IMG/VR virus record: IMGVR_UViG_3300023174_000162
Coordinates: 2,041-66,040 of that record
Strand: one strand, 5' to 3'
From: a virus
Lineage: Duplodnaviria; Caudoviricetes
DNA: 64,000 nt
The translations under genes and the position numbers were made by a program. Below, in pieces: positions 49,806 to 55,795 of the stretch (position 1 is the stretch's first letter; each line of letters begins with the position of its first letter). The notes under the pieces were generated by a model, which had not been told where the DNA came from, made no database searches, and saw only the letters and a list, made by a program, of their open reading frames with translations.

Positions 49806-50158
49806 TTGTATTCTCCCTTATGATTTTTCAATGCGGGCTTACGACGTAGCATACGACCAATTTTGTATAACCATGTCCAATGCCACATATGATGAAAGCC
49901 AATAAACACTCTCAGATATGGAACAACGAAACCAATCGATATACTATCTGGTGCTAGATTGACTTCAGCACTAAATGAGAAACTTTCTAATGTCCAAATA
50001 CGAAATATCAACCAATGTAATGACCAGCCATTTGCATTCCACTCGTCACCTGGACGATACTCATATCGAGGAAAGAGCGGGCAAGCATCGTTGCACCATA
50101 ATTGATGAAGTGGATAGTGCTCCCACCAATATTTTTCTCTAACAGGACCTTCACTCAT
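49802..50158 (-). CDS. Hypothetical Trp-rich protein
   Basis: RBS GAGG, coupled ORF. Confidence 0.6.
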   Translation of the reverse strand: MSEGPVREKYWWEHYPLHQLWCNDACPLFPRYEYRPGDEWNANGWSLHWLIFRIWTLESFSFSAEVNLAPDSISIGFVVPYLRVFIGFHHMWHWTWLYKIGRMLRRKPALKNHKGEYN

Positions 50159-50166
50159 ATAGCACC

Positions 50167-50352
50167 TCAGTCAATTGCTTTTAAAAATCCAACGACTTCC
50201 AAATAATTTGTGCGAACCACAAGCATATCACCTGCTGCAGTAACAACTACACACTTATCTGATTCTTGATGCTCTAACACGTACAAGATCTGATCGCAAT
50301 TGATTGATACACTCTTACCACTATTATCTACTGTTGCTGTTAAAATTTTCAT
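50167..50352 (-). CDS. Hypothetical protein
   Basis: Coupled ORF. Confidence 0.55.
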   Translation of the reverse strand: MKILTATVDNSGKSVSINCDQILYVLEHQESDKCVVVTAAGDMLVVRTNYLEVVGFLKAID

Positions 50353-50573
50353 AATATTTTTCCTAACACTTTATCAAAGAGTTCATCAAGCTCGGATTGG
50401 TAATCATTTCCAATCCTACGTTTTTCATAGATAGTTCGAATAAATGCTTTAAATTCAGTATCTTCGAACTCATCTTCCACTATAGAATATCCTCGACCCT
50501 CTAGCTCATTAATCAGATCATCTGTGTCGAAGTCATCTAAGTCTACGTCTACATCTACTGTAATATATGTCAT
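50349..50573 (-). CDS. Hypothetical acidic protein
   Basis: VDVDLDDFDTDDLINELEGRG. Confidence 0.6.
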   Translation of the reverse strand: MTYITVDVDVDLDDFDTDDLINELEGRGYSIVEDEFEDTEFKAFIRTIYEKRRIGNDYQSELDELFDKVLGKIL

Positions 50574-50755
50574 GCTTCCACCTCAGGAACATCTTTCCAC
50601 TCTGACCATTCCAGATATGGATTAAATCGACCTACATTAACATTAGTATGACCTTCTATTTTTACAGTTGGATCATACTTAACACGATATTGAAGAGTTC
50701 TCTTTCCACTAATACCGACAAAATCTTTCTGCACTACCCATCTCAACTCAAACAT
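50570..50755 (-). CDS. Hypothetical protein
   Basis: ELRW..LQYR..WSEWKDVP. Confidence 0.6.
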   Translation of the reverse strand: MFELRWVVQKDFVGISGKRTLQYRVKYDPTVKIEGHTNVNVGRFNPYLEWSEWKDVPEVEA

Positions 50756-51035
50756 CACCAATTCTCCCTTGTTTGACGATCTCACGAGTTTTCATTCCAC
50801 GATTGACATACATTAATGCAGCTTCTTCTGTATCGAAATGCATAATGGTTTTATAGGGATGACCCATCGCTTCATGATGTTCTTTCACGGCTGGTTCCCA
50901 GAAAGTTCCTCTTTCAACTCCCATCATCTCAAATTGCACCTCATAATGTACTTCATTTTTGATGTTGGTTTCTTTGATGATTCTATAAGAACCGGTGTGT
51001 CGAGTGACATCGAAGGCTAAATCAAATTTATTCAT
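50748..51035 (-). CDS. Hypothetical protein
   Basis: ORF directly after the tRNA cluster. Confidence 0.55.
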   Translation of the reverse strand: MNKFDLAFDVTRHTGSYRIIKETNIKNEVHYEVQFEMMGVERGTFWEPAVKEHHEAMGHPYKTIMHFDTEEAALMYVNRGMKTREIVKQGRIGDV

Positions 51036-51053
51036 AGGCGTATCAATATAAAG

Positions 51054-51128
51054 TGGAGTACGGGACAGGAATCAAACCTGCATGGGACAGTTTTGCAGAC
51101 TGCCGCCTGATCACTCGGCCACCCGTAC
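51054..51128 (-). tRNA. tRNA-Cys(GCA)
   Basis: Loop CTGCAAA, U73, CCA. Confidence 0.88.
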
Positions 51129-51133
51129 GTAGG

Positions 51134-51209
51134 TGGAAGCGGGTGCTGGATTCGAACCAACGATCTTCAGTTTATGAGACTGATGGGATGACCACTTCCC
51201 CAACCCGCA
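51134..51209 (-). tRNA. tRNA-Met(CAT), initiator-like
   Basis: Loop CTCATAA; 1:72 mismatch, but lacks the three G-C anticodon-stem pairs. Confidence 0.8.
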
Positions 51210-51217
51210 ATAAAACA

Positions 51218-51294
51218 TGGTGCCCAGGGCGAGACTCGAACTCGCAAAATTCGGCTTCTAAGACCGACACGTATACCAATTCCATCACCTGGGC
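51218..51294 (-). tRNA. tRNA-Leu(TAG), short variable arm
   Basis: Loop CTTAGAA, CCA. Confidence 0.88.
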
Positions 51295-51301
51295 AAAACT
51301 T

Positions 51302-51376
51302 TGGTGGAAGTAGAGAGATTTGAACTCCCGACCAACTCCGTATGAAGGAGCTGCACTACCACTGTGCTATACTTCC
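51302..51376 (-). tRNA. tRNA(CAT): Ile2 or elongator Met
   Basis: Loop TTCATAC, CCA. Confidence 0.85.
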
Positions 51377-51377
51377 G

Positions 51378-51452
51378 TGGTACCCTGTCGTGGGAACGAT
51401 CCACGGACCCTCACCTTATCAAGATGATGCTCTACCACTGAGCTAACAGGGC
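51378..51452 (-). tRNA. tRNA-Ile(GAT)
   Basis: Loop TTGATAA, CCA; T-loop ATCGTTC. Confidence 0.85.
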
Positions 51453-51453
51453 A

Positions 51454-51699
51454 TTATTCAACTTGTTTTTTATCTACACACGTATCACCAACAAAAACAT
51501 AAACATCAGAATCGATTCTTAATTGCTCGAATACCTGATTGTTTACACAGATATAAGGATCCTTATGATTTTCCATGTAATAAAAAACACCATAACCAAT
51601 ACCTCCCAATACCATAAGGATAGGGATATACTTGAGATACTTAACGATCTCAGGCAATGCAGAAAGAATCTGCGGTAGATTTTTTAATAGCTCTTTCAT
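51454..51699 (-). CDS. Small membrane protein inside tRNA cluster
   Basis: Start MKELLK; one TM helix. Confidence 0.6.
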   Translation of the reverse strand: MKELLKNLPQILSALPEIVKYLKYIPILMVLGGIGYGVFYYMENHKDPYICVNNQVFEQLRIDSDVYVFVGDTCVDKKQVE

Positions 51700-51711
51700 A
51701 CTACTATATAT

Positions 51712-51787
51712 TGGTGCAGACTGATGGAATCGAACCACCTTCATCGGCTCTTCAGGCCGCTGCTATGACCACATCAGCTAAGTCTGC
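51712..51787 (-). tRNA. tRNA-Phe(GAA)
   Basis: Loop CTGAAGA, CCA. Confidence 0.88.
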
Positions 51788-51846
51788 AAGATGTTGACAA
51801 TTTATTTTACTCTACGCCGTCAACAAAGGCGAGTCCTCACACGCGA

Positions 51847-52233
51847 TTAAATACACCACTCCTTCAGTTTATCCATAGTTAGAGTCTTTCTAACTTCATA
51901 TGAAGGATGATACTTCTTTACCATCTCCAACACTCTAGGAAGAACTTTGCAGATGAATTCATAATGCTTATCATCTCTACGACTAGCTTCTACCTTGAGA
52001 TAAGGAGTACCAGTGATATATGCTCTTGCTAAGAACGTTGCTCTGTTCTCTCTACCTACTACAAATTTACGATGATCAGAAAGTGAACAGAGTTTACGTT
52101 GCACTTCATACAAACTCTTCGATTCATTTCTTTCTAACCAATCAATCTGCTTCTTTAACTTTGCTTCTTCAAAACGGATTACTTTTGCTTCTAACGTCAG
52201 GTGCTTCGATTTGATTTTTAATTCGATACTCAT
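51847..52233 (-). CDS. Conserved phage basic hypothetical protein with hairpin-sequestered RBS
   Basis: ELKIKSKHL..EAKVIRFEE, HRKFVVGRENRATFLARAY; SD AAGGAG at 52245-52240. Confidence 0.85.
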   Translation of the reverse strand: MSIELKIKSKHLTLEAKVIRFEEAKLKKQIDWLERNESKSLYEVQRKLCSLSDHRKFVVGRENRATFLARAYITGTPYLKVEASRRDDKHYEFICKVLPRVLEMVKKYHPSYEVRKTLTMDKLKEWCI

Positions 52234-52239
52234 ATTGTT

Positions 52240-52279
52240 CTCCTTGTTTAAAAATTAGACATACAATTTAAACAAGAAG
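52240..52279 (-). promoter_or_regulatory. SD-sequestering hairpin
   Basis: CTTCTTGTTTAAA pairs with TTTAAACAAGGAG (13 bp, one G-U). Confidence 0.8.
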
Positions 52280-52281
52280 TT

Positions 52282-52317
52282 TTATGGAGGTCGAATGATC
52301 TAGCCAATATACCTCAT
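52282..52317 (-). CDS. Leader peptide with in-frame amber: MRYIG(UAG)IIRPP*
   Basis: AAGGAG-7nt-ATG AGG TAT ATT GGC TAG ATC ATT CGA CCT CCA TAA. Confidence 0.7.
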
Positions 52318-52341
52318 TACTAGTCTCCTTTTCAAAGTTTA

Positions 52342-52416
52342 TGGTGACTCTAGTAGGAATTGAACCTACATTAAACATTTTAGAGATGCTCGCATTAACC
52401 ATTATGCTATAGAGTC
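52342..52416 (-). tRNA. Amber suppressor tRNA (anticodon CTA)
   Basis: Acceptor GACTCTA/TAGAGTC, anticodon arm AGCAT-CTCTAAA-ATGTT, T arm GTAGG-TTCAATT-CCTAC, ACCA. Confidence 0.88.
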
Positions 52417-52433
52417 ATAATTATATATCTGAA

Positions 52434-52507
52434 GGGGTGTCCAACGAGTATCGACCTCGTACCTACTCTTTCACAGAGAGTAATGCTTCCACTACACCAT
52501 GGACACC
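52434..52507 (-). tRNA. tRNA-His(GTG)
   Basis: Loop CTGTGAA, G-1 encoded, CCA not fully encoded. Confidence 0.85.
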
Positions 52508-52509
52508 AT

Positions 52510-52584
52510 TGGCAGGGATGCTAGGATTCGAACCTAGTCTAGTTGAGTCAAAGTCAACGGTGCTCGCCGATACACTACATCCCA
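52510..52584 (-). tRNA. tRNA-Gln(TTG)
   Basis: Loop CTTTGAC, CCA. Confidence 0.88.
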
Positions 52585-52591
52585 ATAAATC

Positions 52592-52667
52592 TGGTGGAGA
52601 TGACAGGACTCGAACCCGCTACCTACTGCTTGCAAAGCAGCCGCTCTCCCAGCTGAGCTACATCCCC
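52592..52667 (-). tRNA. tRNA-Ala(TGC)
   Basis: G3-U70, loop TTTGCAA, CCA. Confidence 0.95.
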
Positions 52668-52760
52668 ATATTGAAACACACTGCGGGAATCGAACCCATC
52701 GGCCGGAATATAGGCCTACAGCCACCCCTCGTACCCTTGGGATTCAATGTGTTTCAATAT
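52668..52760 (-). ncRNA. Stem-closed RNA cassette A with tRNA-like T arm
   Basis: TATTGAAACACA...TGTGTTTCAATA enclosing GGGTTCGATTCCC. Confidence 0.6.
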
Positions 52761-52834
52761 GGCCGGTCCTGAAGGAATCGAACCTCCACTTAGTGGTCCG
52801 TAGCCACTCGTAATATCCATTTTACTAAAGACCG
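52760..52834 (-). tRNA. tRNA-Arg(ACG)
   Basis: Loop CTACGGA, CCA. Confidence 0.88.
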
Positions 52835-53001
52835 ATAATGAATTATAGCCGGTGTAGACACATCAAGGCATCACCCTATCCCGCTACTCCGTTTACTAAG
52901 AAGGCTTTTCGCTACTCAATGATTGATGATCATCTTTCACTACTTTGTTTTTAAAGGCCTCTAGTTGTCCATCCCACTAGACTCTGCTCCTACTATAAAT
53001 G

Positions 53002-53094
53002 TGGTGGGTGTCCACGGAGTCGAACCGCGAATGTTTACCACGAGGGACCTGATTTACAGTCAGGTGATGCACACGCCTTAGCATCAAGACACCC
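53002..53094 (-). tRNA. tRNA-Tyr(GTA)
   Basis: Loop CTGTAAA, long variable arm, CCA. Confidence 0.88.
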
Positions 53095-53157
53095 ATATAG
53101 AAGCACACCAGCCTGGCCAGCTTTCGTATCGAATACATTAACGATGTGCTTTTATAT
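53095..53157 (-). ncRNA. Stem-closed RNA cassette B
   Basis: TATAAAAGCACA...TGTGCTTCTATA. Confidence 0.5.
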
Positions 53158-53233
53158 GGTAGGTGCGGTGAGATTCGAACTCACGACCAATAGATTAAAA
53201 GTCTACTGCTCTAACCATCTGAGCTACGCACCT
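53157..53233 (-). tRNA. tRNA-Lys(TTT)
   Basis: Loop CTTTTAA, CCA. Confidence 0.93.
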
Positions 53234-53348
53234 TCTGATTTTCTGCTTTTCGAAGAGCTTTATTACTCTTTCTATGTGTACCCGCTTTTCTAAATAACGC
53301 CATCTTCACGAACGGATTACGTGGAGAGGCGATGCGTTTTCGTTTCAT
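53211..53348 (-). CDS. 45-aa very basic peptide whose stop lies inside tRNA-Lys
   Basis: RBS AGGAG; MKRKRIASPRNPFVKMALFRKAGTHRKSNKALRKAENQKVRSSDG*; missing from the ORF track. Confidence 0.7.
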   Translation of the reverse strand: MKRKRIASPRNPFVKMALFRKAGTHRKSNKALRKAENQKVRSSDG

Positions 53349-53369
53349 ACTCATCTCCTATAAAAAATC

Positions 53370-53444
53370 TGGCGGTCTCAAGGGGTAACGATCCCCTTCT
53401 TCATGCGTGACAGGCATGTGTGCGTCCATGAACACTTTGAGACC
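53370..53444 (-). tRNA. tRNA-Asp(GTC)
   Basis: Loop CTGTCAC, GCCA; T-loop ATCGTTA. Confidence 0.85.
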
Positions 53445-53450
53445 AGAATT

Positions 53451-53526
53451 TGGCTGCCAAGGTAGGGATCGAACCTACGACCAATTGATTAACAGTCAAC
53501 TGCTACTACCACTGAGCTACTTGGCA
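53451..53526 (-). tRNA. tRNA-Asn(GTT)
   Basis: Loop CTGTTAA, GCCA. Confidence 0.9.
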
Positions 53527-53656
53527 ATATTAGTTTTGCAGTCTGCACTATTTGCTATGTTTCAACGGATTAGCCTGCAGGACTTCGTTTACCGTCTATA
53601 TTCATAGTTACTCAGGCATGATCAAGCCCATGGCTTACAAACTGCAAAATTAATAT
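53527..53656 (-). ncRNA. Putative ~130-nt structured RNA
   Basis: Closing stem ATATTAATTTTGCAGT / ACTGCAAAACTAATAT. Confidence 0.5.
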
Positions 53657-53874
53657 GCTTAGGCTACGTGTTTTCCAATCATCGCCCCTAAGCTGAGTTG
53701 TTACCCTGTCCGAACACTAATCGACGCCTTGTCACGTAGTGTCCACGCTGCTATGTTGTCTGAGAAACCGGAGACGCCACTTGCGTAGTGTCTATATCTC
53801 GCTAACGGTGCCATAGCCACCGGGACAGTTATCGTCGCCACACGCTACTTTCAGGAAAGTAGTAACCGGAAACC
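53657..53874 (-). ncRNA. Putative ~220-nt multi-hairpin RNA
   Basis: GC-rich; stems CTACTTT/AAAGTAG, CTGTCC/GGACAG, CGGTG/CACCG, GCTTAGG/CCTAAGC. Confidence 0.55.
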
Positions 53875-53947
53875 ATATTGAAACACACTACAAAACGCTG
53901 TCACGCTCAGAGTTCGTCCATTAGCGAAGCAATGTGCTTCAATATGG
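53873..53947 (-). ncRNA. Stem-closed RNA cassette C
   Basis: CCATATTGAAGCACA...TGTGTTTCAATATGG. Confidence 0.55.
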
Positions 53948-54048
53948 CAACAATGTTGACTACCCTTCTAGCCCACGGTCAAGTTCTGCTAGTCGCTCTA
54001 GGGTCACCAGTAGGTCCTGTTGCAACAGGTTACCGATCATTGTTTACC
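53945..54048 (-). ncRNA. Putative CCA-terminated non-tRNA RNA
   Basis: AACAATG/CATTGTT-GCCA with internal hairpins. Confidence 0.5.
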
Positions 54049-54203
54049 ATATTAAAACACACTAATGAATCAGTCTGACGCAGCCGTACGCTTGGCAAAT
54101 CGTTTCCAATTTGTTTCTCGCTTTTCTAGGTACTCTGTATGTTCAGAATTCCGCAGTCCTCAATATAATTGCTTATAAGGGCAACTAATGTGTTTTAATA
54201 TGG
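54047..54203 (-). ncRNA. Stem-closed RNA cassette D
   Basis: CCATATTAAAACACA...TGTGTTTTAATATGG. Confidence 0.55.
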
Positions 54204-54275
54204 TACACCGTAGGAGAATCGAACTCCTCTTACTGCCGTGAAAGGGCAATGTCCTAACCGATAGACGAACGGTGC
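54201..54275 (-). tRNA. tRNA-Glu(TTC)
   Basis: Loop CTTTCAC, CCA. Confidence 0.92.
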
Positions 54276-54326
54276 ATTAAACTTTTTAAATTGTAAAAGA
54301 GCACTACTTAATCAATCAATAGAGTC

Positions 54327-54388
54327 ATTATACACTGAACTCTATAATTTGTACACTGTTTTTTTCAGACTGTGTCAAAAAAGATACA
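54327..54388 (-). promoter_or_regulatory. Early promoter cassette driving the tRNA/ncRNA array
   Basis: TATAAT, GTGTAC, variant box TGTGTCAAAAAAGATACA. Confidence 0.75.
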
Positions 54389-54412
54389 GTAACAAACAAA
54401 CAACTATGATTC

Positions 54413-54565
54413 TTATTTATACATAGAAGGGAAGTTGACAACATTTCCATTCATAAGATTACCAACAAATTCAGTGGTTTCATCTTTAATTTTTTTATCA
54501 TGCTCATTCATCGCTGCTTGAGTCATTAGTTGGAATACGGTCCAAGTCCACACATTGTTATTCAT
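54413..54565 (-). CDS. Hypothetical protein
   Basis: Likely start MNNNVW. Confidence 0.45.
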   Translation of the reverse strand: MNNNVWTWTVFQLMTQAAMNEHDKKIKDETTEFVGNLMNGNVVNFPSMYK

Positions 54566-54776
54566 AGCTTTTCTTATCTCCAAATTTTTCGTTTTCTTCG
54601 TAACCTGCCATATACTCTGCAACTTCTTCTTCAGTCAAATTCGTTGCTCGTTCACCGTACCCAGTTCCACGAGGATCGGGATACCAGTGCGGATCAGGTG
54701 AACGATTGTAATAGCTATCTGCACTACCACGATCGAACAAACCGCCATGACGACTGCGATCAAATTGGTCTTTCAT
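54558..54776 (-). CDS. Conserved phage hypothetical protein
   Basis: RHGGLFDRGSADSYY.R..DPH. Confidence 0.75.
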   Translation of the reverse strand: MKDQFDRSRHGGLFDRGSADSYYNRSPDPHWYPDPRGTGYGERATNLTEEEVAEYMAGYEENEKFGDKKSYE

Positions 54777-54973
54777 GCTTCCTCCAAATCTTGATAGTTC
54801 ATACAAGCTTCGTTAAATGCATCTAATGCTTCGTAGTACTCCGTCTCGTAGAACTTCAGACTTTTCTTGTAGATACCCGCACCAATTTCAAGTTCGTACG
54901 TGTATTCATTAAGTCTCCAAAGTACCACACGTTCACCACGACCATTCCTACCATCATTAATATGTTGCAGCAT
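54773..54973 (-). CDS. Hypothetical protein
   Basis: Start probably MLQHIND. Confidence 0.55.
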   Translation of the reverse strand: MLQHINDGRNGRGERVVLWRLNEYTYELEIGAGIYKKSLKFYETEYYEALDAFNEACMNYQDLEEA

Positions 54974-55127
54974 TTTCAGTTTCCTCAATCATCTTAGCAC
55001 ACATGTTCATAGTGATTTGTGCTACTGTAAGAGCTATTGCTTTTTCTTGACCAGTAAACCGCTCACAAAACTCCATCAACTCTTCAGGGTTTTTAGGGGT
55101 AAAAAACAATCCAGAAGTTGGTATCAT
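54957..55127 (-). CDS. Hypothetical protein (56 aa)
   Basis: MIPTSGLFFTPKNPEELMEFCERF...; RBS AGGAG; missing from the ORF track. Confidence 0.6.
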   Translation of the reverse strand: MIPTSGLFFTPKNPEELMEFCERFTGQEKAIALTVAQITMNMCAKMIEETENAATY

Positions 55128-55324
55128 TATGCATTCTCCTTAAATATTGCTGTGTAAACGTACTCACGAACCGCTGTGTCACCTGCTTCATGAAGACCTC
55201 GAACAGTCGAGATATCATCTAAGATGTCACGAATTTCTGCGGGTGACCAGTTGAGTTGTTTTGCTGCAATTACTACACCATCGATTACGCGATTACCGTA
55301 ATCACTAAACATTCCGTAATTCAT
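55127..55324 (-). CDS. Hypothetical protein
   Basis: YGMFSDYGN, EAGDTAVRE. Confidence 0.65.
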   Translation of the reverse strand: MNYGMFSDYGNRVIDGVVIAAKQLNWSPAEIRDILDDISTVRGLHEAGDTAVREYVYTAIFKENA

Positions 55325-55617
55325 TATGCAATCTCCTTACCATCAGAACTTACTAACACTGTCTCTTCGCTTTCACGCTGATCCATCATTTCAAACAAGA
55401 TGAACTTAGCTATGTTCAACTGTTTGCGGATCAACTCATCAGGATTTGTGTTTGCTGAACTCTTCATGGCCAGCAATTCCTGACAATCACTTAAAATTCC
55501 TGCAATTACCATTTCTTGACCACTGAGCTTTGCAGTGATAGAATTCATGTACTGCTCACGGATATCGTTTGTAGACATTCCAAACATTTGCAAATCACCA
55601 CTAGTTGCTTTACTCAT
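55324..55617 (-). CDS. Hypothetical early protein
   Basis: First gene after early promoter; RBS AAGGAG. Confidence 0.7.
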   Translation of the reverse strand: MSKATSGDLQMFGMSTNDIREQYMNSITAKLSGQEMVIAGILSDCQELLAMKSSANTNPDELIRKQLNIAKFILFEMMDQRESEETVLVSSDGKEIA

Positions 55618-55649
55618 TTATTACTCCTTGTTGTTTAATCGATAGAGTA

Positions 55650-55710
55650 ATTATACACTAATGGCCAGAAATGTACACTCTTTTTTTCAAACTGTGTACG
55701 GAATGATACA
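55650..55710 (-). promoter_or_regulatory. Early promoter cassette with 18-bp box
   Basis: TATAAT, GTGTAC, box at 55693-55710. Confidence 0.8.
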
Positions 55711-55795
55711 GTATCAAGTTGATAACAAAAAGGATTCATCAAAAGCATTATATACCAATGCTTCTGGAATGTACAATGTTTCTTTTGGGAAACAG

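Noticed and set aside
52240-52341. Theta/HDV-like ribozyme downstream of the suppressor tRNA
   Set aside because: The trailer is AT-rich with no HDV-like nested double pseudoknot visible; it reads as RBS, leader ORF and hairpin.
53540-53625. Group I intron or rRNA fragment (GTAACTAT, GGTAAACG words)
   Set aside because: Only short word matches; too small and in the wrong order for a catalytic core or a 23S segment.
51053-54078. ORF-track entries overlapping tRNAs (51053-51313, 52437-52772, 52534-52725, 53407-53607, 53878-54078; also 41578-41857, 31188-31418)
   Set aside because: They are spurious frames across tRNA, tmRNA or ncRNA genes.
52668-54203. CRISPR-like array from the repeated ATATTGAAACACA motif
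   Set aside because: The repeats are inverted pairs, irregularly spaced and interleaved with tRNAs; there is no direct repeat-spacer periodicity and no cas operon.
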